In this document: one piece after another, positions 1 to 8,399 of the stretch
Position numbering within the stretch: position 1 is the stretch's first letter
How the letters are laid out: the number at the start of each line of letters is the position of its first letter
Assembly (NCBI GenBank): GCA_934154805.1
Contig: CAKPGM010000001.1
Span: 74,711 to 138,710, forward strand
Length of the DNA: 64,000 bases
DNA from: an uncultured Clostridia bacterium
GTDB taxonomy: Bacteria > Bacillota > Clostridia > TANB77 > CAG-508
Direction: 5' to 3'
Made by a program: the position numbers and the translations under genes
The notes under the pieces: generated by a model
What the model saw: the letters and a program-made list of their open reading frames with translations, nothing else
Database searches by the model: none
What the model was told of the DNA's origin: nothing

Positions 1-2586
1 AAAAATATCTGGTTTCTTTTCTGATTTAAAGTCAACTATTTCAACAGTCTGTCCACTTCCTTCAATTAAATCAACTACTCCATTTAGAATATAATTTTGC
101 TTTACTAAACCTATCTCAACTTCTGCATCTTGAACTTTTTTCCAATTATCACTTTGTTTTTCTGCATATCTTATTACTTGTTCTAATGCTACATCTAATT
201 GTGGCCTACCTAAATATGAATGCTGTGATTTTGAAATTGATTCATAGTTAGTATCAAACCATATTTTTATATTATCTCTGTTAATTGTATCGTATTCTTT
301 TTTTATTGCTGCTTTATGGATATCTTCTATTGTTTGATGGATAAGTTGTCCAAATATTGTTGCACCTACTCTGACTGGTGAAAAGCCTAATTCCTTTAAA
401 AACTTATATTGTAATGCACAATTTTCATATACAGAAATGTGTGATGTGAATGAGTATGTATTTTTTATATTAACTTCCTTAACCTTACTAATTTTTATTT
501 TTTCTAATTCAATTGATTCATCTGTATAATATGGTAATTCTTCATATGTTGACTTAAAGTATTCACTTGGCTGTTTTCCTACACCACTTTTTTCATTGCA
601 AGTTAATACTAAGATATTCTGTGCCCTTGAAAATGCAGTATAGTATAATCTCCAAAAATCATAGTATTTTATATATTCTTTTGGTTCAAATGCTTTTCTG
701 TGATAATATTTTTCTTCTATTTCGTTTAATCTTATATTATTTCTATCTCTTGGAACATTTCCTAAAGAATCAACAATTACAATAGGAAATTCCATTCCTT
801 TTGCTTGGTGTATTGTAGAAAATGTTATACATCCACTTGGTGCATATTCGGTTTCATCTTCATATTCTCCCATACCACCATCAATTAAAAATCGAAGATA
901 TGTATTAAAGAATGTTTCAACATCTTTCATTACTCTCTTTGGTGTAAATACATCAATATGTTGTAAATAGTCAAATCGTGCAATCATTTGTGTTAATATT
1001 GAAATATTTCTTATAGGCCTTTGATCAATAAGTCCATTATTTAAATCTATTTCTAAATACTCTCTGAATGGATCAAACTCAAATAACTTATATAACAAAC
1101 CTGTAAAAGCATAGTCAGTATTTGAAAATAAATTCATATGACTCATTCCTGTATTTCTTATAAATATCTTCAACTGTTCGTTTTCAAGGACATACTTTTC
1201 AACTGTTTTTATACAATCCTCGTAATATAAGAATAATCCTTCATTCTTCAATCTAAAATCTCTGTTTCTTAATTTTATAAGATACTGTGGGAATACTAAT
1301 AATAATGCTCCTAACAAATATTTAATTTCTTCTCTTTTAAAAAACATATTTGATCTAGGAGAATATACATTTATTCCGTTTTCTTCAAGATAATTTGCTA
1401 ATTCAATTACTTTCTCTCCTCTTACAGAGTTAAATAACATTGCTATTTGATTATAATTGTCTATTATTCCATTTTCTTTTAAATGTTTAATAAATTCCAA
1501 TATTTCTTTATGCCATTCATCTTCATCATCATGAGATGCTATTTTCATAACCGTAGGAACATTTGTAATATCTGTTCTTCCTGGTTCAATCTTTTTATCA
1601 AATCTGTATTTATCCCAATCAAATTTAAAACTTGACCCTTCAGTTGTATCCATCCACTTATTATAAAAATCAATTATTTCTTTTTCTGATCTATAATTTG
1701 TTTCAAGTTTAATCTTCCTACATTTATCTTTTTCAAATTTATCAGGAAATTCAATGATATTCCTTATAGTAGCCCCTCTAAATCTGTATAATCCTTGGTC
1801 ATCATCACCAACTACACATATGTTTTGTTCACTTCCAGCTAATAGAAAAGTTAGCCTTTCTTGTACATAGTTCGTATCTTGGTATTCATCTATCATTACA
1901 TATTTTATCTTTTCATTTATCTTTTTTAACACTTCTGGATTATCAATTAACAACTTATATGTTTCTGTTTGAATGTGTGTAAAATCTATATAATTAGATT
2001 TCTGTAAAATTTCATTATACAATTGAATTATTTTTCCTATTGCTACAATCTCTGGATTATCATCCAATACTATTTGTTCTATATCTGCTAATTCTTCATT
2101 AATATTATTTATATAATCTGCAATGTATTGTGATAATCTCCATCCACTAATTTGATTTTGAAATAGCAAATTGAAGTCTTCTATTTTTTGAAACTTACTC
2201 AAATTTTGATAAATCAAATATTCCTGTTCAAATTCATCTATCATTCTGTAATTCTTTTTTAAATTTGAATATTCAATATTCTCTTTTAGGATTCTTAAAC
2301 ATATTGAATGGAATGTTCCTATATACATTTCATTAATATTTACATACATATCTAACTTGTCTAATTCATTTGTTATTCTTGTTATTATTTCTTTAGCAGC
2401 TTTTTCAGTAAAAGTTGCAATCATTATATTTTCAGGCTTAATACCTTTTTCTGCAATTAAATATATTGTTCTTTGAACCAATGTGTAAGTTTTTCCTGTT
2501 CCTGGCCCTGCAATAATTAATAACGGTCCTTCTGTTGTTTGAATTGCACTTTTTTGATTAGCTGTTGCATTACTTAAATCTATCAT
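1..2586 (-). CDS. UvrD/PcrA-family SF1 helicase fused to a C-terminal PD-(D/E)XK (AddB/Cas4-like) nuclease; C-terminus runs off the window
   Basis: Hand translation of the minus strand from ATG 2586-2584. Helicase motifs: MIDLSNATANQKSAIQTTEGPLLIIAGPGTGKTYTL (Walker A), MIDEYQDTN (II), VVGDDDQGLYRFRGA (III), ETNYRS (IV), FSTIHQAKGMEFPIVIV (V), YYTAFSRAQNIL (VI). Nuclease-like motifs follow: YENCALQYKF, GQLIHQ, VDLIEGSGQTVEIVDFKSEKKP. The frame stays open to base 1 (862 codons), which explains its absence from the ORF track. Confidence 0.85.
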   Translation of the reverse strand, partial: MIDLSNATANQKSAIQTTEGPLLIIAGPGTGKTYTLVQRTIYLIAEKGIKPENIMIATFTEKAAKEIITRITNELDKLDMYVNINEMYIGTFHSICLRILKENIEYSNLKKNYRMIDEFEQEYLIYQNLSKFQKIEDFNLLFQNQISGWRLSQYIADYINNINEELADIEQIVLDDNPEIVAIGKIIQLYNEILQKSNYIDFTHIQTETYKLLIDNPEVLKKINEKIKYVMIDEYQDTNYVQERLTFLLAGSEQNICVVGDDDQGLYRFRGATIRNIIEFPDKFEKDKCRKIKLETNYRSEKEIIDFYNKWMDTTEGSSFKFDWDKYRFDKKIEPGRTDITNVPTVMKIASHDDEDEWHKEILEFIKHLKENGIIDNYNQIAMLFNSVRGEKVIELANYLEENGINVYSPRSNMFFKREEIKYLLGALLLVFPQYLIKLRNRDFRLKNEGLFLYYEDCIKTVEKYVLENEQLKIFIRNTGMSHMNLFSNTDYAFTGLLYKLFEFDPFREYLEIDLNNGLIDQRPIRNISILTQMIARFDYLQHIDVFTPKRVMKDVETFFNTYLRFLIDGGMGEYEDETEYAPSGCITFSTIHQAKGMEFPIVIVDSLGNVPRDRNNIRLNEIEEKYYHRKAFEPKEYIKYYDFWRLYYTAFSRAQNILVLTCNEKSGVGKQPSEYFKSTYEELPYYTDESIELEKIKISKVKEVNIKNTYSFTSHISVYENCALQYKFLKELGFSPVRVGATIFGQLIHQTIEDIHKAAIKKEYDTINRDNIKIWFDTNYESISKSQHSYLGRPQLDVALEQVIRYAEKQSDNWKKVQDAEVEIGLVKQNYILNGVVDLIEGSGQTVEIVDFKSEKKPDIF

Positions 2587-2808
2587 CTACTTTCTCTCCC
2601 ATTTAATTTCATATCCTAATGCTTCTGCAATTTCTTTCACTTCAGTGTACCTAATAGTTTCATTGTTTAATTTATTAGATAAATTTTGCAATGGGGATTT
2701 ACTATTAGGTTTACTTATTTTTCTTGCAACATCACCCATTCTCCAGCCATTCATCACGATATATCCTTTAATTTCATCTTTTACCGATTGTGATTTTTTT
2801 TCTTTCAT
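2587..2808 (-). CDS. small putative helix-turn-helix DNA-binding protein
   Basis: 73-aa ORF. Its TAG stop (2589-2587) directly abuts the helicase ATG. WRMGDVARKI...LSNKLNNETIRYTEVKEIAEALGYEI looks like a short XRE/Cro-type HTH; the family is not firmly recognised. Confidence 0.5.
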   Translation of the reverse strand: MKEKKSQSVKDEIKGYIVMNGWRMGDVARKISKPNSKSPLQNLSNKLNNETIRYTEVKEIAEALGYEIKWERK

Positions 2809-2940
2809 TTTTCACCTCATTCATATTATTAAACTCATTTACTCATTTTATATCATATAGTGAATTATTTTACAATAAATTTATTTAATTTCATTAAAAT
2901 ATCATATTATTTCATTATATAATGTAATTATTGTTTTAAG

Positions 2941-2971
2941 AATAAAAAAGCCAGTAGTTTTTCTACCAGCT
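2941..2971 (-). terminator. imperfect hairpin plus T-run after the 2983-3561 gene
   Basis: agccagtag/ctaccagct stem with 2 internal mismatches, followed on the minus strand by tttttttatt. Confidence 0.45.
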
Positions 2972-2982
2972 AAATAATATCT

Positions 2983-3561
2983 TTATGCACTATAGTAAAA
3001 TTTAGAATAATTTAAAATTTTAATACCCGTTATACTCTTTTTTATCAATCCAAATCCTATTAGAGTATTTAAAGCTTTTACAATTTCATCTATAGTTAAT
3101 TGATGTCCTACATTTCTTTCAGTATTTGCAATAATTCTTCTCAATAATCTACTATTCTTCTGTATAAGTCCTGCTGTTCTATTTGTTTCAAATACCATTT
3201 CTATAAACATCCAATATGCTGTTTTATTAATATTTTCTAACATTGTCATAGTTTCTCCTCTCATAAAGTCTTCAGAAAATCTTACATAATATAATGTTTG
3301 CTTACTTTCTTTTTCTCCTTTAAAATCTTTATACATTCTTACAAATTCTTTTTTATTCATTCTTTTTTCCTCCATTTTTTTAATTTCATTTTCAAAATAT
3401 TTTTTTGCATGTTCTTCCTTAAGTGCTTTTTGCTTTCTCATATATTCAACTTTGTTCATTCTTTTGTCCTCCCTCTTTTTAGTTTCAAATTCAATATAAT
3501 TTCTTATTCCTTCGTCTATTTCTTCTCTGTTTTTTAAATTTATATATAATCTTGTTTTCAT
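2983..3561 (-). CDS. phage replisome-organizer-like protein (N-terminal-domain type) with a Lys/Glu-rich duplicated leader
   Basis: 192 aa. LYYVRFSEDFMRGETMTMLEN...ALNTLIGFGLIKK matches the pattern of the phage_rep_org_N family as I remember it. Internal duplication: KRMNKVEYMRKQK / KRMNKKEFVRMYK. Confidence 0.5.
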   Translation of the reverse strand: MKTRLYINLKNREEIDEGIRNYIEFETKKREDKRMNKVEYMRKQKALKEEHAKKYFENEIKKMEEKRMNKKEFVRMYKDFKGEKESKQTLYYVRFSEDFMRGETMTMLENINKTAYWMFIEMVFETNRTAGLIQKNSRLLRRIIANTERNVGHQLTIDEIVKALNTLIGFGLIKKSITGIKILNYSKFYYSA

Positions 3562-3707
3562 AATTTTTTTCTCCTTTCAATTTTTACTATTTTCCAAAAA
3601 ACTCACGGAAAATATTTTTTTGTGTGAATAAATGAGGGCTGTAGGTCTTGAAAAATTTATTTTTTTATTTATTCATCCCCAGGGGGGGCAGTCATTTCTA
3701 ACTGTAT

Positions 3708-4124
3708 TTAATTAAAATTAGCATATAAACTATTCAAGTCCACATCATCAAACATACTTCTCTTTTCTTTTTGATTAACATATGCTTCAAATTTATCTCC
3801 AAATAGTGTTTCTGGTCTTACATATTTTTCTCTTTCTGTGTCCTTCCATTCTTTATATTTCTTATTAATAACACTTATAAAATCTTCTTTTTTATACCCT
3901 TCTTTTATATGTTACTTAATAAGATTTATTGTATTTTTTGAGTCTGTTCTATATTCACATCCAGTTACATTATTTAGATGTTCAATTATTTCTTTACATT
4001 GCAAATCATCTTTTTCTCTGTATGTTTCTATCTCTTTATTCTTATTTCTTTTTTCTTTTTTACAGGTACTCCCAAAAACTTTCGCCACTTTTTCGCCACT
4101 TTTTTCAGGCAATAAAAAAATCAA
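3708..4124 (-). pseudogene. phage replication protein C-terminal domain (Phg_2220_C-like), lacking its N-terminal part and interrupted by an in-frame TAA at 3912-3914
   Basis: One frame reads EIIEHLNNVTGCEYRTDSKNTINLIK*HIKEGYKKEDFISVINKKYKEWKDTEREKYVRPETLFGDKFEAYVNQ. The conserved YxRPETLF..KFE.Y motif continues across the stop. The listed N-terminus (MIFLLPEKSG..) overlies a terminator T-run and is not genuine. Confidence 0.65.
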
Positions 4125-4142
4125 GGAACTTTGAATTCCTTG
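4111..4142 (-). terminator. rho-independent terminator immediately 3' of the tRNA-fMet fragment
   Basis: caaggaa (4122-4128) / ttccttg (4136-4142) stem, followed on the minus strand by attttttta. Confidence 0.6.
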
Positions 4143-4149
4143 ATAAATC

Positions 4150-4197
4150 TGGTTGCGGGGGGGGTAAGACTCGAACTATCGACCTTCGGGTTATGAG
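4150..4197 (-). other. orphan 3' portion of an initiator tRNA-Met gene (anticodon loop to CCA); att-like scar
   Basis: The minus strand reads CTCATAACCCGAAGGTCGATAGTTCGAGTCTTACCCCCCCCGCAACCA. CTCATAACCCGAAGGTCG and CCCCGCAACCA are the hallmark initiator tRNA segments. No matching 5' half lies upstream, and the T-stem is not complementary. Confidence 0.7.
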
Positions 4198-4352
4198 TTT
4201 GATAATCTTTTCATTGCTCCTTTATCTATTCCTTTTCCTGCATGTATTAATAAATCTCCTCTATATTTTGTTCTCCAACTTCTAAATTCAAATCTTTTGT
4301 CTTTTTGCATTATTAGTGTTGCCCAAGGCTGTTTTATAGTTAATACCTTCAT
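4191..4352 (-). pseudogene. truncated ASCH-domain protein (53 codons)
   Basis: Hand translation: MKVLTIKQPWATLIMQKDKRFEFRSWRTKYRGDLLIHAGKGIDKGAMKRLSNS*. This is a typical ASCH N-terminus with a GAAAGGA RBS. The stop lies inside the tRNA-fragment anticodon loop. Too short for the ORF track. Confidence 0.6.
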
Positions 4353-4389
4353 AATATTCCTTTCTTCAATTTGTATAATTTTTATTATC

Positions 4390-4872
4390 TTAACCCAATC
4401 TCTTCGATACTATGATATCTCTAACAATATAATCATTTTTCTCATAGAATTCCAAACCTCTCTTGTTTGGTCCAAATACTTCTATGTTTATTCTAGCGCA
4501 ATTGATTTGTTTAAAATATTCTTCTATTTTTTCTAGTAGTTTTTTGCCTGTACCTTTTCCTCGATCTTTTTTGCTAACAATTAACTCTAAAACATTGCCT
4601 GTTTTTGCACAATCGTTGGTTAGTTTGTCGATTTCATCTTTTTCATTGACAACTCCTATGATTACTCCATTAACGACTCCATTCTCAACAGACACAAATA
4701 CTTTGCCGTTTTGGTTTTTGACATTTTTCATGTCCATTTCGAAAGTTTTTTCTCTGTATTCTGGTGACATTATTTGTGTATGCCAGTCATCGATGTCTAT
4801 TAGATAGTTTTGTAATTCTACTAATAGATCTTTAATTTGTTCATCATATTTTTTGTCGTATTCAACAATCAT
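4390..4872 (-). CDS. GNAT family N-acetyltransferase
   Basis: 160 aa. The acetyl-CoA binding motif region LIVSKKDRGKGTGKKLLEKIE is typical of GNAT. Confidence 0.8.
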   Translation of the reverse strand: MIVEYDKKYDEQIKDLLVELQNYLIDIDDWHTQIMSPEYREKTFEMDMKNVKNQNGKVFVSVENGVVNGVIIGVVNEKDEIDKLTNDCAKTGNVLELIVSKKDRGKGTGKKLLEKIEEYFKQINCARINIEVFGPNKRGLEFYEKNDYIVRDIIVSKRLG

Positions 4873-5014
4873 TTTATTTAACTCCTCTTTTTTATCAAAT
4901 CGGCAAATGTTTGCCTACTAAATTATATCATATTTTTTATCGCAAGGCACGAATTTGTACTTTGTTTTTTCTTATGTTACAATATAGTATATAATTTTTT
5001 ATAAGGAGTTTGCT

Positions 5015-5428
5015 ATGTATTGGAATAAAATGATACCTGAGTTGTCTGTAACTAATTTAGATAAGAGTTTGACTTTTTATAAGACTGCTGGTTTTGTAGT
5101 TGAATATGATAGACCTGAGAATAATTTTGCTTTTATTTCTCTTGGAGAGATTCAGTTTATGCTTCAGCAAGTTTCTGTAGATGATAAATGGAGCGTTGCT
5201 CCTCTTGTTTACCCTTTTGGTAATGGGATTAATTTTCAGTTAGAGGTAAATAATTTGTCTGAAATATATGATAATTTCAAAGGTTCTGGATACGAGATAT
5301 CTTTTGATATCGAAGAGAATTGGTATAGGCAGGATGGTAAATTGCTAGGAAATAAAGAGTTTTTAATTCAAGATCCTGATGGTTATTTGTTAAGATTTTT
5401 TCAGGATTTAGGTGAAAAAAACATATAA
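5015..5428 (+). CDS. glyoxalase/bleomycin-resistance (VOC) family protein
   Basis: 137 aa. Pattern IPELSVTNLDKSLTFY...GYLLRFFQ. Confidence 0.7.
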   Translation: MYWNKMIPELSVTNLDKSLTFYKTAGFVVEYDRPENNFAFISLGEIQFMLQQVSVDDKWSVAPLVYPFGNGINFQLEVNNLSEIYDNFKGSGYEISFDIEENWYRQDGKLLGNKEFLIQDPDGYLLRFFQDLGEKNI

Positions 5429-5430
5429 AA

Positions 5431-5480
5431 TACACCTCCAAATATTAGATTTTTTATCTAGCATTTGGAGGTGTATTTTA
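5431..5480. terminator. bidirectional terminator hairpin
   Basis: 13-bp perfect stem tacacctccaaat / atttggaggtgta, between convergent genes. Confidence 0.7.
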
Positions 5481-5542
5481 ATTTTCTTTTATTTTTATAT
5501 ATTGCTACTTTAGGAATTTTATTTTTCAATTTATATATATTT

Positions 5543-6076
5543 CTAATCTCTCCAAGTGTCTCCGTTTATGAATTGCGTTAGTGCCATTATGAATGATTCT
5601 CTTGTTAAATCATAGCGTGTTATTACATCATTTGTAAGGTGTGCTATTCCGCCTTTTTCGTTTTTTAATCCGTTTCCATTGAATAGTTTGTCCATTACGA
5701 TTCCTAGGTCTGTGTTTATGATTTCGTCTACATATTTTTCTGGTACAGGAAATGCTGGTCCTGTTCCAAAGCTTTCATAACCGTTTTTGTCTTTTATTAC
5801 GGCAATTTGTATGATGCACCACTTTCCTAGTTTGTCTGTTATTCCTGATTCCACTCCTATAAAGAAGTCTGCATCTATGCTGTTTTCTTTTGCATATTTT
5901 ATTAGATTGTTTACTCTATTGCTTGCTCCTTGATATATGTCGTCGTTTACAGGTTCGTCACTAACGTCTGAGTTTACTGGTATTCCTATCATTTCTACAT
6001 TTGTGTAAAATTTCTCGAATGCTTGTTTTGCGCCTTCTATTTTTCCTTGATTTTTTGTTCCGATTAATACTTTCAT
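5543..6076 (-). CDS. inosine/xanthosine triphosphatase (YjjX/DUF84 family)
   Basis: 177 aa. The N-terminus MKVLIGTKNQGKIEGAKQAF, SDVSDEP and GVESGI motifs resemble the YjjX NTPase family. Confidence 0.75.
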   Translation of the reverse strand: MKVLIGTKNQGKIEGAKQAFEKFYTNVEMIGIPVNSDVSDEPVNDDIYQGASNRVNNLIKYAKENSIDADFFIGVESGITDKLGKWCIIQIAVIKDKNGYESFGTGPAFPVPEKYVDEIINTDLGIVMDKLFNGNGLKNEKGGIAHLTNDVITRYDLTRESFIMALTQFINGDTWRD

Positions 6077-6238
6077 TGATTTCTCCTATTTTTAGTATTA
6101 TATTTATCTTTTTTATAAAGTAGATATTGATGTTTTAGCTATTTTATCACATCCTCTTTGTAATATCTAGTGTTTGGGGATTTTCTTTTTTTGATTTTTC
6201 TGCTATAATGTTTTTATCAATTATAAGGAGATTTTATT

Positions 6239-6691
6239 ATGAAGAGAATTAGTAAAGATGATTATTATTTAGAGATTGCTCATGTTGTGTCTAAGCGTAG
6301 TACTTGTCTTCGTAGACATTATGGTGCTGTTGTTGTTAATCACGATGAGATTGTAGCTACTGGTTATAATGGTTCTGCTCGTGGTGATGCTAATTGCTGT
6401 GATATTTATGAGGAATGTCCTAGAAAGCATAAAGCTCACAATTCTGGCGATTATGGAGATTGTCCTGCTGTTCATGCTGAGCAAAATGCTCTTCTTTCTG
6501 CTTCACGTACTGAGACTATAGGTGCAACATTGTATCTTAATGGGGATGAGATAAGTGTGCAAAGTGACTCTGTTAAAGAGCTTCCTATGTCTGAGTGTTT
6601 TCCTTGTCCTATTTGCGAGCGTATGATTCGTAATGCTGGCATTGTGCGTGTTGTTGGACCACAGGGTACTGTTTTTGATTTGAATAATTAG
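6239..6691 (+). CDS. deoxycytidylate (dCMP) deaminase
   Basis: 150 aa. HAEQNA zinc motif and PCPICERMI second zinc motif. Confidence 0.85.
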   Translation: MKRISKDDYYLEIAHVVSKRSTCLRRHYGAVVVNHDEIVATGYNGSARGDANCCDIYEECPRKHKAHNSGDYGDCPAVHAEQNALLSASRTETIGATLYLNGDEISVQSDSVKELPMSECFPCPICERMIRNAGIVRVVGPQGTVFDLNN

Positions 6692-6696
6692 TATAT

Positions 6697-6732
6697 AAAA
6701 AGATTGAATCCGAAAGGGTTCAATCTTTTTTA
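6697..6732. terminator. bidirectional terminator hairpin
   Basis: agattgaatcc gaaa gggttcaatct flanked by A/T runs, between convergent genes. Confidence 0.75.
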
Positions 6733-7152
6733 TATCATTTCTTCTATTGTGTGCCATGCTAGTAGCGCGCATTTTACTCTTGCTGGCATGTTTGATATGT
6801 TTTTTAGTGCGATTGCGTCTTCTAATTTTTTTAGGTCCGCTTCGCTTGTTGTTTCTCTTTTTATCATTTCTATAAATGTTTTTACTATTTCTTTGGCTTC
6901 TTTTATTGTTTTGCCTCTTAGTGTGTCTATCATAATTGAGGTTGATGCTTGTGATATAGCACATCCATGACCTGTGAATGCTAGGTTTTCTATTACATCC
7001 CCATTTACTTTTATTTCTAGCTTTATTTCGTCTCCACAGTTTGGATTGTGTCCCATTTTGCAAGCTGTTGCATTTTCGAGTTCTCTTTTATTATACGAAT
7101 TCGTGCTGTGTTCCATTATTAGGTCATTATATATTTCTGTAAGGTCTTCCAT
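6730..7152 (-). CDS. sufU: SUF Fe-S cluster scaffold SufU (NifU/IscU-like)
   Basis: 140 aa. NPNCGD, GHGCAIS and ARVKCALLAW motifs. Last gene of the suf operon. Confidence 0.9.
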   Translation of the reverse strand: MEDLTEIYNDLIMEHSTNSYNKRELENATACKMGHNPNCGDEIKLEIKVNGDVIENLAFTGHGCAISQASTSIMIDTLRGKTIKEAKEIVKTFIEMIKRETTSEADLKKLEDAIALKNISNMPARVKCALLAWHTIEEMI

Positions 7153-7162
7153 TTTTCACCTC

Positions 7163-8386
7163 TTAATTTTTTATATATTTTTCGAATATTGAGTATGCTT
7201 TGTTTAGTGCTTTTACTAGTTTGTCTACGTCTTGTTTTGTGTTGTAGAAGTAGAAACTTGCTCTACAAGTCGAGTCTATTCCTAAGTATCTTAATAGTGG
7301 TTGTGCACAGTGATTTCCTGAACGCACGCATACGTTTTCTGAGTCTAGTATACTGGCAACGTCGTGTGGGTGTACTCCTTTTATGTTGAATGAAATTACT
7401 GATGAGTGGTTTTTCCTATTTGGTGTCATATATAGTGTTAAGAATTTTAGTTTTGATAGTTCTTCTTCTGCGTATGTTACTACTTCGTTTTCTATTTTGT
7501 TTATTTCATCATACCCTATTTTTTGAATGTAGTCTATTGCTGCACCTAGTCCTATGACTCCTTCTACGTTTTGTGTTCCTGCTTCAAATTTGTTTGGAAG
7601 TGGTGCGAATGTTGTGTCTTGTTCATACACATATTCTATCATGTCTCCACCCATTAAAAATGGTGTCATTTGGTTTAGTATTTCTCTTTTTGCGTACATT
7701 ACTCCTATTCCTAGTGGTGCTAACATTTTGTGTCCTGAGAATACTAGAAAGTCAGCATTTAGGTCTTGTACATCTATTTGCATATGTGGAACGCTCTGTG
7801 ATGCGTCTACTATTACTTTTGCTCCTTTTTTGTGTGCATATTTTATTATCTCTTTTACATTGTTTATTGTTCCTAACACATTTGAAACATGAGTTATTGC
7901 AACGATTTTTGTTTTGTCTGTTATTTTTGTTTTTATTTCTTCTTCTGATAACTCGAATTCATCGTTTATGTACATATATTTTAGTGTGCTTTCAGTTTTC
8001 TTTGTTACCATTTGCCAAGGTACAAGGTTTGAATGGTGCTCCATTATTGATAGCACTACTTCGTCGCCTTGTTTTAAATTGTTTAGTCCATATGAGTATG
8101 CAATTAGGTTTAAGCTTTCTGTTGCATTTTTTGAGAATATTATTTCTTCTGGATGTTTTGCATTTATGAACTTTGCAATTTTGCCTCTTGTGTTTTCGTA
8201 TAGTTCTGTTGCTTCTAAGCTTAGCGAATATGCTCCTCTGTGCGGATTTGCATTGCTGTTTTCATAGTATTCTTTTATTTTATCTATTACATACTGTGGT
8301 TTTTGTGTTGTTGCCCCACTGTCTAAGTATGTAATGTCTTTATTATTTAATATTGGAAATTCTTTTTTTATTTCTTCTATTTTCAT
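7163..8386 (-). CDS. sufS: cysteine desulfurase SufS
   Basis: 407 aa. The PLP lysine context SGHKM and RSGNHCAQP active-site loop. Confidence 0.9.
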   Translation of the reverse strand: MKIEEIKKEFPILNNKDITYLDSGATTQKPQYVIDKIKEYYENSNANPHRGAYSLSLEATELYENTRGKIAKFINAKHPEEIIFSKNATESLNLIAYSYGLNNLKQGDEVVLSIMEHHSNLVPWQMVTKKTESTLKYMYINDEFELSEEEIKTKITDKTKIVAITHVSNVLGTINNVKEIIKYAHKKGAKVIVDASQSVPHMQIDVQDLNADFLVFSGHKMLAPLGIGVMYAKREILNQMTPFLMGGDMIEYVYEQDTTFAPLPNKFEAGTQNVEGVIGLGAAIDYIQKIGYDEINKIENEVVTYAEEELSKLKFLTLYMTPNRKNHSSVISFNIKGVHPHDVASILDSENVCVRSGNHCAQPLLRYLGIDSTCRASFYFYNTKQDVDKLVKALNKAYSIFEKYIKN

Positions 8387-8399
8387 TTTTGCTTCCCTC

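Noticed and set aside
567-785. 72-aa plus-strand ORF, the only track entry in 1-2586
   Set aside because: It lies antisense inside the 862-codon helicase-nuclease frame. Its composition is low-complexity Leu/Phe/Ile, typical of shadow ORFs in A+T-rich DNA.
3838-4536. Plus-strand ORFs of 79-118 aa across the scar region
   Set aside because: They are Phe/Leu/Ser-rich shadows opposite the phage-domain pseudogene, the tRNA fragment, the ASCH fragment and the GNAT gene.
6503-7063. 186-aa Arg/Lys/Asn-rich minus-strand ORF
   Set aside because: It is an alternative frame overlapping sufU and the dCMP deaminase 3' end. It has no RBS and a biased composition, and the sufU frame has clear motifs.
7554-8267. 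Several plus-strand ORFs of 112-198 aa
   Set aside because: They are antisense shadows of sufS, rich in Leu/Phe/Cys with no motifs.
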